A DNA stretch of 64,000 nucleotides from Rubripirellula sp. (GTDB taxonomy: Bacteria > Planctomycetota > Planctomycetia > Pirellulales > Pirellulaceae), in assembly GCA_965216875.1 (NCBI GenBank), contig OZ244207.1, forward strand, positions 288,001 to 352,000. The letters are read 5' to 3'. Both the position numbers and the translations under genes were made by a program. This document shows, piece after piece, positions 30,888 to 43,920 of this stretch; the first letter of the stretch is position 1; each line of letters begins with the position of its first letter. The notes below the pieces were generated by a model, which was given only the letters and a program-made list of their open reading frames with translations, had not been told where the DNA came from and did no database searches.

Positions 30888-33254
30888 ATGCCGATTCGCA
30901 TCGCGCTGTTCCTTTTTGCATTCGTTCCCAGCCTGCTTGCGCCCTGCCTTGTAGCCAACCTGATTGCGGCCGAGCCGAGTTCGGTTTCCGACACGCAAGG
31001 TTCGTCCGATGCACCTGCCGGCCACAGCTATCATGGCGAAGCGTTCAACGAAGGACCGCGGCAAGCTGCTGAATTGATCGAGGGGATGGCAGACATTGAC
31101 TTTCCGACGTCAGCCAAGAACGAGCGGACGCAACAGTTTATCGAGCAAGGGATCTCACAGCTTCACGGCTTTTGGTATCTCGAAGCCGAACGATCGTTTC
31201 GCCAAGCGGCCAAAGAAGAACCGGAACTTGCGATCGCTTATTGGGGTATGGCGATGGCCAATGCCAACAACGACGAGCGTGCGCGCGGTCTGATCGACAA
31301 GGCGATGGAACTTCGTGAAAAGAACGCCTCCAAGCGAGAGAAACTCTACATCGAGGCGCTCGATCGGTTCGTTCCCAAGCCCAAGAAAAAAGATGATCAA
31401 GATTCGGAAAAGAAGGAACTGACCGATGATGAAAAACGCGAGCAAAAGAAGAAGCAAGCCGAACGCTTTCTTTCAGACCTCGAAAAAATCCTGCACGAGT
31501 TCCCCGAAGACACCGAAGCACGCGCTTTCATTGCCGTGCATCTTTGGATGTTCGAACGGCGCGGTGTCAAAATTGCCAGCCGATATGCGGCGAACGCATT
31601 GATTGGCGAGGTCTTTGCCGAAAATGAATTGCACCCCGCTCATCACTATCGCATTCACCTATGGGACGGTTCACGCCCCGAGAATGCACTCAAGTCGGCC
31701 GCACTGTGTGGTCCGTCGAGTCCCGGGATTGCCCATATGTGGCACATGCCCGGCCACATCTATTCACGTTTGAAGCGTTATTCCGACGCAGCTTGGCAAC
31801 AAGAAGCATCGGCGCGTGTCGATCACGCTCACATGATTCGTGCGCGGCTGATTCCCGATCAAATCCACAACTACGCGCACAACAACGAGTGGCTGACTCG
31901 GAACCTGATTCACGTTGGACGCGTCCACGATGCTCTTGAGCAATCCCGTAACCTCGTTTCGTTGCCGCGACATCCGAAGTACAACACGCTCGACAAACGG
32001 GGCAGCTACAAGTACGGCCGTCAGCGGTTGTTGCAGACGTTGACCGAATACGGACTCTGGGACGAGTTGATCGACGAGTCGGGCGGACACTACTTGCCAC
32101 CGACATCCAACAAACTTCAGCAAGAAGAATGGCTCGGCTGGTTGGCTGTCGCGCAGTTCAAAACGGGTGATGCCAAGGCCGGAGGCAAGACGCTACGGTC
32201 GTTGCGTCGTCGTATGCTCGGACTTCGTAGTGATCTTCTTGACTTGGCCGAAAAGGAAGCAGCCGGAAACACCGATGCCGACGACGCCGATGAGGAGTCG
32301 GACGATGACGAGTCCGATGAGAAGGAGGAGGATGCGGGGCGCGACAAAATCAAAGAACACATCTCCAAACTGAAACGCATCGTCGCCCGCGCTGCTGCGG
32401 CAGGAGCGTCTGAGCGTCAGGACAAAGACGCGTTTGAAAAGAACGTCAAGGAAGCGAAGCTTGATGGCGTCATGCACGCGCAATGGAAAGCTGATGTCGG
32501 CGATCTTGACGGCGCGATCAAGATGGCTGAAAAAGAGGTGCGCAACAGCAAAGGGGAAGTTCGTCCGGTCGCAGTCTTGACGGATCTGCTCTGGCGAAAA
32601 GGGGACAAGAAAAAAGCCAAAGAACAATTCCAAACGCTACGAAAGTTAGCGGGGCATGCCGACATCGAAACACCGATGCTCGCCAAATTGGCTCCGATCG
32701 CAACGGAGTTGGAATTGGATGCCGATTGGCGGATCAAGCCACAGCCGGCGGACGACCTCGGCGAGCGGCCACCGTTGGACGACCTCGGTCCTTTTCGTTG
32801 GCAACCCTATCAAGCACCCTCCTGGGGAGCCCACAACGGGGACGGGCAACTCGTTGCCAGCGACGAGCTCAGCGGCCGACCGCACATCGTGATCTTTTAT
32901 CTCGGTTCGGGGTGCCTGCATTGTGTTGAGCAGTTACATAGCTTTTCGCCAATGCTTGATGAATTCAAAGAGGCAGGCATGGAGATCGTTGGGATCAGCA
33001 CCGAGACGCAGGAGCAGCTGCAAGAAGGCATCAAGAATTTTGGCGAGAAGGTTGCGATTCCATTACTCGCCAATGGTGATCACCACGTCTTCAAGTCGTT
33101 TCGCTGTTGGGACGATTTCGAAGATCAGCCGTTGCACGGAACCTTCCTCATTGACTCGCGGGGACGTGTGCGTTGGCAAGACATCGGTCATGAACCGTTC
33201 AACGATGGCAAGTTCCTGCTCGAAGAAGCGAAACGGCTACTTGCTCTGCCATAA
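30888..33254 (+). CDS. TPR-repeat protein fused to a C-terminal peroxiredoxin/AhpC-like (redoxin) domain
   Basis: HGFWYLEAERSF, HMWHMPGHIY, FYLGSGCLHCVEQL, HGTFLID..G.VRW. Confidence 0.85.
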   Translation: MPIRIALFLFAFVPSLLAPCLVANLIAAEPSSVSDTQGSSDAPAGHSYHGEAFNEGPRQAAELIEGMADIDFPTSAKNERTQQFIEQGISQLHGFWYLEAERSFRQAAKEEPELAIAYWGMAMANANNDERARGLIDKAMELREKNASKREKLYIEALDRFVPKPKKKDDQDSEKKELTDDEKREQKKKQAERFLSDLEKILHEFPEDTEARAFIAVHLWMFERRGVKIASRYAANALIGEVFAENELHPAHHYRIHLWDGSRPENALKSAALCGPSSPGIAHMWHMPGHIYSRLKRYSDAAWQQEASARVDHAHMIRARLIPDQIHNYAHNNEWLTRNLIHVGRVHDALEQSRNLVSLPRHPKYNTLDKRGSYKYGRQRLLQTLTEYGLWDELIDESGGHYLPPTSNKLQQEEWLGWLAVAQFKTGDAKAGGKTLRSLRRRMLGLRSDLLDLAEKEAAGNTDADDADEESDDDESDEKEEDAGRDKIKEHISKLKRIVARAAAAGASERQDKDAFEKNVKEAKLDGVMHAQWKADVGDLDGAIKMAEKEVRNSKGEVRPVAVLTDLLWRKGDKKKAKEQFQTLRKLAGHADIETPMLAKLAPIATELELDADWRIKPQPADDLGERPPLDDLGPFRWQPYQAPSWGAHNGDGQLVASDELSGRPHIVIFYLGSGCLHCVEQLHSFSPMLDEFKEAGMEIVGISTETQEQLQEGIKNFGEKVAIPLLANGDHHVFKSFRCWDDFEDQPLHGTFLIDSRGRVRWQDIGHEPFNDGKFLLEEAKRLLALP

Positions 33255-33301
33255 GGTGATTTGACTTATCGAATCGCGACACCATTGACGGGGGATTGGA
33301 A

Positions 33302-35434
33302 ATGAGAGTTTCGATTGCGTTGACGTTGGCTCTCTTCGCAAGCTTGGTCACTGCGGAACCGCCTCGTGCATTGCCCGAGGGAGAAACTTCCACGGACCCT
33401 CGCCATGAGGAACTGAAGAACCTCAACGGCTACTTTCCCTTCAAACCGGTCACGTCGGTCGATCAGTGGGAAAAGCGACACGAAGAGATTCGTCGCCGCA
33501 TCCTTGTTTCGCAGGGATTGTGGCCAATGCCAACCAAGGCTCCGCTGAATCCGATCATTCATGGTCGCGTTGAGCGCGAGGACTATACCGTCGACCGCGT
33601 CTTCTTCGAATCCATTCCAGGTCACTTTGTGACGGGCAGTCTTTACCGCCCCAAGAATCGCCCCGGTCGTTTGCCGACGATTCTCTCGCCACACGGGCAT
33701 TGGTCCAACGGCCGTTTTTATGATGCTGGGGAGGCAAAGGTCAAAGACGAGATCGCAAGCGGCGCTGAAAAGTATGAGCTCGGTGGACGCTTTCCCATTC
33801 AAGCACGCGCGGTGGGTCTAGCGCGAATGGGATGTAACGTGTTCGTCTATGACATGACGGGCAACGCCGATTCGATCCAAATCAAACATCGTCCGGACAA
33901 GTGGTCACATCTGGATCGCAACGCGGACTGGGGCTTTATGAGTGTCCAGGCCGAATTGCGACTGCAGAACATGATGGGGCTGCAAACTTGGAACTCGATT
34001 CGTGTCATCGACTTTTTGACGACCCAAGACTTTGTCGATTCCGGTCGGATTGGGGTCACTGGCGGCAGTGGGGGCGGAACGCAATCCATGCTGATTGGTG
34101 CGATCGATGATCGAATCGCCGCCGCCATGCCATGCGTGATGGTTTCGACATCGATGCAAGGCGGATGCACCTGCGAGAACGCGCCGCTTCTGAGGATCGA
34201 TCAAGGCAACGTCGATATTGCCGCCGCGGTCGCGCCGCGTCCGCTCGGTTTGACCGCAGCCGATGATTGGACCATCGAGCTCGAGACCAAAGGTTACCCC
34301 GACCTGTTGCGACTCTACCGAATGCTCGGTCACGCCGATCGATTGACGGCTGTGTTCGAGACCCGATTCAAACACAACTACAACCGAGTCAATCGACTTG
34401 CGATGTATCAATTCTTCAATCGACACTTTCAACTTGGTGCCGATGAACCGATTGATGAAGCGGACTTCATACCGCTTTCTCGCGAAGAGGCCACCGTTTG
34501 GACCGCGGACTACCCGGCCCCAGCGGGCGCTCAAATTGGTGATGAGCACGAAGTCGCGATTTTAAGGATTGCTGATCAAGATTCACGGCGAAACCTAAAC
34601 ACGCTTATTCCAAAGACGCGGGATGCAATCGAACCCTTCCATTCCGTTGTCGGCGGTGCTTGGGAAACCATCATTGGACGCCGTTTCGACGAAGTGCCAA
34701 AGGTGCGTTTCCAACCGGAAGCGACAACGTCCAATGGCGCGGTGGAAAAGGGCATCCTTCATGTCGATGAACTGGGCGAACAGATCTCGCTGGTTCACTA
34801 TTCAACGCCCGATCCCAAAGCGACCGTCATCTACTTGACCGATGCAGGCATGTCCGATTTGGAAAAGGACTCAGAGCTGTCGAAGATTGTCAAAAACGGG
34901 TATGCGGTTGTTTGCGCCGATCTGTTTGGCCAAGGTGATTCCGATGTGATCGATGCTGAAACGGAGACGCAGCCGATGTGGTTTCAGTACAAAGGCGAGG
35001 TTGGGTGGCAGCGTTTTGCCGGTTACACGTATGGCTACAACCACAGTCTGTACGCCAAGCGTGTTCACGATGTCTTGTCGTTGATCAAATGGGCGGGGCA
35101 GAATGGTGACGTCCAGCTGGTTGGTGTCGGCGCGATCGCCGGTCCCGTCGCATTGGGCGCTGCAACTCAGGCGCGTGATGAGCTGGCCCACACGTTTGTT
35201 GATTGCAAGGGATTTCGTTTTGGCAACGTCACCCGCCATAACGACCCGATGTTCGTGCCTGGATCGGTGAAGTACTTTGGCATCGACGGGCTCGTCTCGC
35301 TTGTCTTGCCAAGCAAGCTTTCACTCGTCGGCGTCGATGCGTCGGAGATGGTCCAGAGCGTATCGCGAGCTTCCGGCACATCGCCCCGCTACGTCGATGC
35401 ACGCGCCGAGTTGCTGCTTCCGCTGCTCGATTGA
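33302..35434 (+). CDS. Acetylxylan-esterase-like alpha/beta hydrolase
   Basis: LSPHGHW, IGVTGGSGGGTQ nucleophile elbow, MQGGCTCEN, HNYN. Confidence 0.85.
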   Translation: MRVSIALTLALFASLVTAEPPRALPEGETSTDPRHEELKNLNGYFPFKPVTSVDQWEKRHEEIRRRILVSQGLWPMPTKAPLNPIIHGRVEREDYTVDRVFFESIPGHFVTGSLYRPKNRPGRLPTILSPHGHWSNGRFYDAGEAKVKDEIASGAEKYELGGRFPIQARAVGLARMGCNVFVYDMTGNADSIQIKHRPDKWSHLDRNADWGFMSVQAELRLQNMMGLQTWNSIRVIDFLTTQDFVDSGRIGVTGGSGGGTQSMLIGAIDDRIAAAMPCVMVSTSMQGGCTCENAPLLRIDQGNVDIAAAVAPRPLGLTAADDWTIELETKGYPDLLRLYRMLGHADRLTAVFETRFKHNYNRVNRLAMYQFFNRHFQLGADEPIDEADFIPLSREEATVWTADYPAPAGAQIGDEHEVAILRIADQDSRRNLNTLIPKTRDAIEPFHSVVGGAWETIIGRRFDEVPKVRFQPEATTSNGAVEKGILHVDELGEQISLVHYSTPDPKATVIYLTDAGMSDLEKDSELSKIVKNGYAVVCADLFGQGDSDVIDAETETQPMWFQYKGEVGWQRFAGYTYGYNHSLYAKRVHDVLSLIKWAGQNGDVQLVGVGAIAGPVALGAATQARDELAHTFVDCKGFRFGNVTRHNDPMFVPGSVKYFGIDGLVSLVLPSKLSLVGVDASEMVQSVSRASGTSPRYVDARAELLLPLLD

Positions 35435-35437
35435 TTG

Positions 35438-36895
35438 TTACTTCGAGAGGACGATCGGTTCGGCCATCTCGGCGTTGAGAGCGTGCCAACGGCCGATCAG
35501 TTTGCCGAGCATTTGCGGTTGCTCGCTGGCGAGGTTGCGTTTCTCGCCAGCGTCGCTGGCCAAGTGATAGAGTTCGATGGGGCTCTTGCGGTTGGGACGA
35601 ACGATTTTCCAGTTGCCACTGCGCAGCGCAATGCGTCCGTTGGGCATCCGCCAGAAGAGGTCTTGGTGTGGGTCTTTGCGAAGCGGATCGTCGATCCAAT
35701 CCAAGATGCTCTTGCCATCGGCCGCCGGGTCTTCATCGAGTCCAGCAAGATCGAGCGCGGTAGCAGCGATGTCGAGACTGAGGACAGGTCGATCTTCGAC
35801 GCGACCGGCCGGAAGTGTGTCGGGCATCGTCCACGTCATCGGAACGCGAATCCCGCCTTCATAGAGTGACCCTTTGCCGCCGCGAAGAGGCAGGTTGCTG
35901 CTGGTCAGTTCCGCGGTCGGGCCACCGTTGTCACTGACAAACACGATCAGCGTTTTGCGGGTCAGCGAGTGTTCGGCAATCGCATCACGTATCTTGCCGA
36001 CGCCGCGATCCAAAGCGATTAGCATTCCGGCGAAAATCCGCCGCTGGTCATCCTCGATGCGAGCTAGGCCAGCCAGGTCTTCATGCGTCGCTTGCATCGG
36101 ACTATGGACCGCACCATAAGCAACCATCAAACAAAAAGGCGCATCCTTGTTTGAATTGATAAAGTCGACGGCTTCATTTGAAATGGCATCGGTCAAATAG
36201 TCGTTCTCGACAATTTCCGTTTCACCTCGCAACACCGGGTTGTCCGCGTCGTAGGGTGGCTCGCTCATTCGAGCGTAGTTGCCACGAATCAAGTCGCCCT
36301 CGCGAACACGTTGGCCCTCTTCGAGAGACGAATCGCGAACCATCGTTAGCACGTTTTCATAGGGTGGTCCCGGTACATAAAAATGTCCTTCGTGAAGGAA
36401 CCCATAGAAATGATCGAAACCATGTCGCAGCGGGTGTTTGGGGGGCGTCCCACCGAGATGCCATTTGCCGACCATGCCAGTTGCGTAACCGGCATCGGCT
36501 AAACGCGATACGAATGTCGTTTCCGTTTCGGGTAATCCCGCTTTCGGATCGAGATTGCGTTTGCCCGTTGGGTTGAAGTCATAGCCAAAGCGAGCCTGAT
36601 AGCGTCCCGTAACCATCCCTGCTCGCGAAGGACTGCAGTAGGACGCCGTGACATAGCCGGCCGTGCAGCGAACGCCATCGGTGGCCAACGAATCGATGTG
36701 GGGCGTTGGGATTTCGTGATTGCCCATCATTCCCGTTTCGCCGTAGCCGAGATCATCTGCAATGATCACGACAACGTTGGGTGTGCGCTCCGGTTGTTCA
36801 ATCTCGTCTTCGGCAACCACCAACGGCGTGAACAAGCAGACGCAAACACCAACAGCCTGTATGCGTAACACTTCGATCAAACGATGTGCAAACAT
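35438..36895 (-). CDS. Sulfatase (arylsulfatase/GALNS-like)
   Basis: PNVVVIIADDLGY, CSPSRAG..TGR, GKWHLG, SDNGG, KGSLYEGG. Confidence 0.93.
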   Translation of the reverse strand: MFAHRLIEVLRIQAVGVCVCLFTPLVVAEDEIEQPERTPNVVVIIADDLGYGETGMMGNHEIPTPHIDSLATDGVRCTAGYVTASYCSPSRAGMVTGRYQARFGYDFNPTGKRNLDPKAGLPETETTFVSRLADAGYATGMVGKWHLGGTPPKHPLRHGFDHFYGFLHEGHFYVPGPPYENVLTMVRDSSLEEGQRVREGDLIRGNYARMSEPPYDADNPVLRGETEIVENDYLTDAISNEAVDFINSNKDAPFCLMVAYGAVHSPMQATHEDLAGLARIEDDQRRIFAGMLIALDRGVGKIRDAIAEHSLTRKTLIVFVSDNGGPTAELTSSNLPLRGGKGSLYEGGIRVPMTWTMPDTLPAGRVEDRPVLSLDIAATALDLAGLDEDPAADGKSILDWIDDPLRKDPHQDLFWRMPNGRIALRSGNWKIVRPNRKSPIELYHLASDAGEKRNLASEQPQMLGKLIGRWHALNAEMAEPIVLSK

Positions 36896-37031
36896 TTGAA
36901 TACTTCACCTCGATCCCTGACGTCGAATTCAATCAATCCGTTGAGTTTCCACCTTCACAATTGCGAAGTCAATTGGATCGTCGAGAAGACTGTTAAACTG
37001 CAGTAGGTAGGTTGTGTTGAGTAAGTCACCT

Positions 37032-37071
37032 GTAGGCCGGATCAAAGAGCGACAGCGATGCAGATCCGGCA
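37032..37071. repeat. REP-like palindrome downstream of selD
   Basis: GTAGGCCGGATC...GATCCGGCA. Confidence 0.6.
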
Positions 37072-37167
37072 CAATTGCCTCGCTGTACTTCCTGCGCGTT
37101 TGTCGGTCAGACGATCAGACGAGTAGATCTAGATTCTCTGCGAAAACGTCTTCCGTTTGAGGCACCA

Positions 37168-39335
37168 TTAAGGGTTCACAGTCAATCGTTTGGTCTGGTC
37201 GCTCGCCTGAGTCACGTCACCAATGACCGCCGTTTCAATGCCAGTTGTTTTCGAAATGGTGTTGGCTAGATCCTCGCAGGCGTCTGCGGCGACGCCCAAC
37301 AACAGTCCGCCGCACGTTTGTGGGTCAAAAAGCAGTTTGTAGACGGCTTGGTCTCGCAGTGTGATGTCAGCTTTGATCTTGCGATCGATGCGTCGATTCT
37401 GTGGTGCAAGCGTGCTTTCGATTCCCGCTTCGACCTGTTGGGTTGCGCCGATGAGGGTGGGAATGGATGCCAATGAGATTTCGGCCGCGACGTTACCTGT
37501 TTCAAGCATTTCGATCAGGTGACCACCGAGCCCGAAGCCGGTGATGTCGGTGCCCGCGCACACGCCTGCGGTGACGGCCAGGCCCGCGAGTTCATGTTGC
37601 CGCTCAAGCATCGTCGTGATCGCCGCGGTGTAGCCTGCGGCCGGACAGAGACTGCGCATGTGGGCGGCCAACAGGACTCCGATACCGATCGGTTTGGTGA
37701 GCAGGAGTTTGTCACCAACACGAAGTCGGTCCTTGTGCAGTAGGTTCTCGGAAATCGATCGTCCGATGACGGTAAAGCCGACTTCGAAACGGGGGCCGAC
37801 GATGGTGTGGCCGCCGACGATCTCGGCACCCATTGCGCCGAATTCTTCGCGTGCACCGGCCAGAAAGTCCGACAACATCTGACGCTGGGTCGCTGCGTTG
37901 CCCTCGGGCAAGACAACGTTCGCAAGCGCTTTGGTTGGCCGTGCTCCAGTGGCGATGATGTCGCTCGCTGAATGCAACGCGGCGACGCGCCCCGTGAGGT
38001 AGGCGTCATCGACGGGGCTTGTGAAAAAATCGGTTGATGCGATGAGTGTCTGTTGGTCGTCGCGCCCGATCGGCGCGGCGTCTTCAAGCTGGATCGGCTG
38101 GTCGCTTTGAAGGGCTTCTTCCAAGAGGTCGCCACCCAGTTTGCAACCGCAACCGCGGCACTGCATGTCGTCTTGGCCGGTCGTCCCATCCGGTGTCATC
38201 GACAACGGTTGGTACATCTCCATGAAACGTGTGTCGATCCGGTCCTTCATGCGCATCACCCACTGACCCTGAAAGGAGAACCCTTTCCATTGGCCGATGG
38301 CGTCGCCGTTGCCAAGGTTGATCAACTTCATGAATGAGGTTTGCGGCTGGTAGTCGACAAGCGGTCGCCCACTTAGGCCGCGTTGCAGATTGTCCCAAAG
38401 GATGGGGCCTTGGCGGACGGCATAGACTCCTGCTTTGGGAAGTTTCTGGTTCGCGATGGTGCCCGTGTCGCCGACGGCAAAAATGTTTCCGCCCGCCGTC
38501 GACTGCAACGTCGCGTCAGTCTCCAGAAAGCCGCGGTCGTCTACCGGTAGGCCAAGTCTCGACAGCAGCGGTGGTGCTGTCGCGCCCGTTGCCCAAACAA
38601 CAAGGTCGGCTTCAAGCTGCTGACCATCGTCAAGTGTTAGGTGCTGGTCGGTGACTTTCGCAACCGCTTTGCGTGTGTGGACGGTCACGCCGCGGCGACG
38701 GAGTTGACCGGCGACTCGGCGCCGCGTCGATTCGGCCACATCGGGAAGGACATCGTCGCTTCGCGTGATCAGAGTGATCGAGGGCTCCGCTCCGGTTTGT
38801 TGCTCGACAAAGGTTGGTAAGCAGAAACTGATTTCGATCCCCGCGACCCCTGCACCGACGATGGCGATGCGAAGTGCTTTTCGGTCTGTTCGTGCGATGG
38901 CATCATCGATTGCGCGGGCCAACCTCTCCATAAAGGTTTGCATCGGCTTGATGCGCAAGACATGTTGTTCGCCCGCTTCGAGTTCGCCATCGATTGGGAC
39001 TGAGCCGATACCAATCGACAACGCGTCGTAGGGAATCGCAGGTCGGTCGTCAAAAAGCAGCCGCCCGTTCGCTCGGTCGATTCCTGTGACGTCGTCGGTG
39101 ATCAGGCGTGCTCCGACCGAATTGCACAAGCGAACAAGGTCAATCTCCATCGCCGCTTGGGGGATTTGTCCCGCAAGGGCTGCCGGCAACATTCCAGAAT
39201 AGGTTGCCACGGTGTGATTCGAGACGCACGTCAGACTTGCGTCAGGAATCGGGTTCATCCCCCACATCCGCACGACGTGAGCGTTGGTGTGCCCGATGCC
39301 TAGCAGGACGACATGTTTGCTCGGCAGTCGCTCGA

Positions 39336-39339
<4 letters not shown>
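37168..39339 (-). CDS. selD: Selenide, water dikinase fused to an N-terminal NADH-dehydrogenase-like flavoprotein domain
   Basis: YSGMLP, YDALSIGIGS, VGAGVAG, PKAGVYAVRQG; then CRGCGCK, EDAA, STDFF, GGHT, TDITGFGL.GH, DPQTCGGLL. Confidence 0.93.
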
Positions 39340-40713
<1,374 letters not shown>

Positions 40714-40724
<11 letters not shown>

Positions 40725-42633
40725 CCGATTCCTCCGTCATCAACACTTCCTGTAACTTGGGTCCGGCCATCCTTGCGTTGTCGCGCCGCGTCGTCACACC
40801 CATTTTGTCGCAGTATTCCAAATAAGGGATCGCGTGTTTGCGGGTGACTTGCCAACGGTCACGGATTTCAGCGACGGATTGTTCCGGTTGCTGATCAAAC
40901 AACTCCCGCAATTCGCTACAGAGTTGCCGGAACATGTCGCTCGATATCAGGAATCCGTTGCCGAGGTCGACGAGTAAACGTTGTTGAGCCGCGAATCGAA
41001 CCAGCGACGCGATCGCATCGACTTTGGTGTCCATTTTGTCGGCCACTTCTTTGAGGGTCGGCGGCAAACGGTCACCGTCAAACATGCGAACGATTTGGTC
41101 CATTTTGGCACGTTGCTTCTTTGACAGAAGATTGTCTTCCGAAGCGATCGCTACCATTCTATTCAGTCGAACGATCGACTTTTCAGAAACCATTTTCGAC
41201 AACACCCAGCGAACCACCTCGGGGCTTCCTGTCGAACGGACCCGCTCAATCAACGAGGTTTCGACCGACCAGGCGTCCTCGGTCTCTTCGGCCTGCTTGG
41301 TCAGGATTTTCAACGCGTAGTTTTGGATCTTGGTGATCGTTTTCTCGGAAACCAGCCGCCCCTCGACCGGCATGGCGATGGCATCCTGTTTGAGCACTTG
41401 CTTGACGACGGCTGCGCACTGGGCGCGATCAATTCCGATTTGCAATTCGAACCGAACAGGATCGACTTCGACCTCGCCGAGCCAATGAATCCATGCGGTC
41501 AGACGCTCGGCCGCATCGCTACGGGCAAGGCTGCTGCCGAACTCGATAATCTGTTTGCCCGCGCCGAGCCTTGCTTCGATCGGCGCGAGCACGCGCCCGC
41601 CTCCAAAGGAACCGACGGGATAGGGACTGCGCAGTAAGAACTGTTGGTCGTACGTGGCCAACAATTCGTGTTCGGCATCGAGAACGGCAATCGTCGGCTC
41701 GCCAGGCTTGAGTTTCTTAGCGCCAGTGATACGTGCCGAACAGGCGCCCGTGGCGGTGTGCAGTTGAACGGTTGCCGGACATTTAATCTCGGCTGCATCG
41801 CGAAAGGTTGTGACTTCGACAACCATCCGTCGCACGGGCAAGTTTGCTGGAGGGGCGACCAGTTCATCACCACGGGATAGTTCCGCAGCGGAGACACCGG
41901 TGATGTTCATCGCCGTGCGATGCCCCGATGAAGATTGCTCGACCGATTCGCCGTGCACTTCCAACTCGCGCACTCGGACTGGAGTGCCTGTCACGCCAAC
42001 CTCGACGGTGTCACCCACCGACACCTGGCCACTCCACAGCGTTCCCGCCACGACGCAGCCACGCCCCGGAACGCTGAAGACACGATCGATCGGCATACGA
42101 AAGAACCCTTCGCTTGGCCGGTCACTTTGGCGGGCGTATCGGCAAAGTTGATCCTTCAGTTGGTCGATCCCTTCGCGCGTCACCGACGAAAAGGGAATCG
42201 TTGGCACATCGGTAAAGCCGTAGTCGGCGAGGAAGACTTCGAGTTCTTCGGAGAGTTCAAGACGCGTCTCTTCGTCTGATAGATCGATGCGTGAAATCGC
42301 AGCGATCAGTTTTTTCACGCCAAGCGTTTGCAGGATCGCGGCGTGCTCAAGCGTTTGTTGTTGGATGCCTTGATCACAGGCGACGACCAACAGACCGACG
42401 TCGATACCAGAAACACCGGCCAAGAGGTTGCCGATGTACTTTTGGTGTCCCGGGGCATCGATGAGTGCAAAGTCGTTTTCACCCTCGGTGAACGAGGCAA
42501 ATCCAAGGTCGATCGTGATCCCGCGCAGCTTCTCCTCGGGATGCGTGTCGGTGTCGACCCCTGTGAGGACACCGACGAGGGAAGTCTTGCCATGATCGAT
42601 GTGTCCGATCACGCCGACAATCGTATAGCTCAT
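40714..42633 (-). CDS. selB: Selenocysteine-specific translation elongation factor
   Basis: GHIDHGKT, PEEKLRGITIDLGF, DAPGH, RMPIDRVF, C-terminal TRKHAIPYLEYCD winged helix. Confidence 0.96.
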
Positions 42634-42888
42634 CGTTAGTTCGGCGTCCCTTCATTCGGCGTGCCAGCCGATCGGCAGGGTTGGGCGATCGGGAGGGGCT
42701 TGGTCTTTTGCGGAGGCTAATTATCTTCGCTGATACGGCGCCAGATCGCTACCACCGTGATGCGGCGGCACGCTTGTTGGTCGGACGCACGCGGTCCATC
42801 GCCAAGGTGATTGTTCCCTGTTCTCTGGCGGCCATCTGCGATAAGCTTGGCATCGATTTCTCAGCGATTCTCTGACAAAACCAACGAT

Positions 42889-43773
42889 ATGTCTCAACCC
42901 AAGATTGACGATACGTTCGCGGAAGCTTTCCCGATGCACGGAACGCGGTTGGTGTTCACGGCACTCGACCGTGAGCTTGCCAACGTGGCGGCGACCGAGT
43001 TTTGCGGGAATGCTTCAAGTGTGATCGGTTGCGACTGTGAGGCCGGAATCGAGAAGCAAGTCGATGCCGAAGAGACGATGGATGGTCGCCCGGGCGTCGC
43101 GGTGTTGGTCTTTGCGTTCAACCGCGAGTCGCTCGAAAAAGCGGTCACCGAGCGGATCGGCCAGAACGTTTTGACCTGCCCAACGACCGCCTGTTTTTCA
43201 GGTTTGGCGGCCACGACAAAAAAGAACCGCATCAAGGTCGGTGCACAGCTTCGTTTCTTTGGTGACGGACACCAGTTCTCGAAAAAGCTTGGTGACCGCC
43301 GCTTTTGGCGTGTTCCCGTGATGGATGGTGAATTCCTTTGTGACGACATTTCAGGAACGGTCAAAGGAATCGGTGGCGGCAATTTGCTGTTCGCTGCCGA
43401 GAGTCAAGTTGCTGCACTTACGGCGGCTCGCAAAGCGGCAGCAGCGATCGATGCACTGGACGATGTCATCATGCCTTTCCCCGCAGGGATCGTTCGATCA
43501 GGTTCGAAGGTGGGTTCGAAGTACGCCAAGATGAAGGCGAGCACGAACGACAAATGGTGCCCAACCCTACGCGGCCAAACCGATAGCGTTCTGGAAGAAA
43601 ATGAACGCGCGGTCTACGAGATTGTGATCGACGGTCTGAGCGAAGACTCGATTTCCGCAGCGATGAAGGCGGGGCTCGAAGCCGCCTCCGCCGTCGAAGG
43701 GGTCGTTCGTATTTCGGCCGGCAATTACGGCGGAAAGCTCGGCCCGCACCACTTCCATTTGCACCAACTGTAA
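42889..43773 (+). CDS. fhcD: Formylmethanofuran:tetrahydromethanopterin formyltransferase (Ftr/FhcD)
   Basis: IDDTFAEAF, SVIGCDCEAG, DGRPG, RIGQNVLTCPTTA, RFFGDG, GIVRSGSKVGSKY, ISAGNYGGKLG. Confidence 0.95.
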   Translation: MSQPKIDDTFAEAFPMHGTRLVFTALDRELANVAATEFCGNASSVIGCDCEAGIEKQVDAEETMDGRPGVAVLVFAFNRESLEKAVTERIGQNVLTCPTTACFSGLAATTKKNRIKVGAQLRFFGDGHQFSKKLGDRRFWRVPVMDGEFLCDDISGTVKGIGGGNLLFAAESQVAALTAARKAAAAIDALDDVIMPFPAGIVRSGSKVGSKYAKMKASTNDKWCPTLRGQTDSVLEENERAVYEIVIDGLSEDSISAAMKAGLEAASAVEGVVRISAGNYGGKLGPHHFHLHQL

Positions 43774-43789
43774 CTAGCACGCTCACAAA

Positions 43790-43907
43790 CACCCTCCCGC
43801 TTGCGGGAGGGTCGGACGCAAAGTCCGGGGAGGGAATGAACTCTCAGCGTGCAAACCCTCTCCGGGCCTGAGAGCCCGACTCTCCCAAGGGCCCTAGTGA
43901 GAGTGTT
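43790..43907. repeat. CCCTCCC-family REP composite, inverted copy of 23659-23768
   Basis: ACCCTCCCGCTTGCGGGAGGGTCGGACGCAAAGTCCGGGGAGGG + CAAACCCTCTCCGGGCC..GAGCCCGACTCT. Confidence 0.8.
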
Positions 43908-43920
43908 CGGACGCGCACGC

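Noticed and set aside
38130..38170. Sec in SelD (also checked MsrB and the redoxin domain)
   Set aside because: The active-site codons are Cys (CRGCGCK, RYCMN, CLHC) with no in-frame TGA
42634..42720. SECIS-like autoregulatory hairpin in the selB leader
   Set aside because: Only weak palindromes (GCCGATCGGC) without the GUU-loop motif
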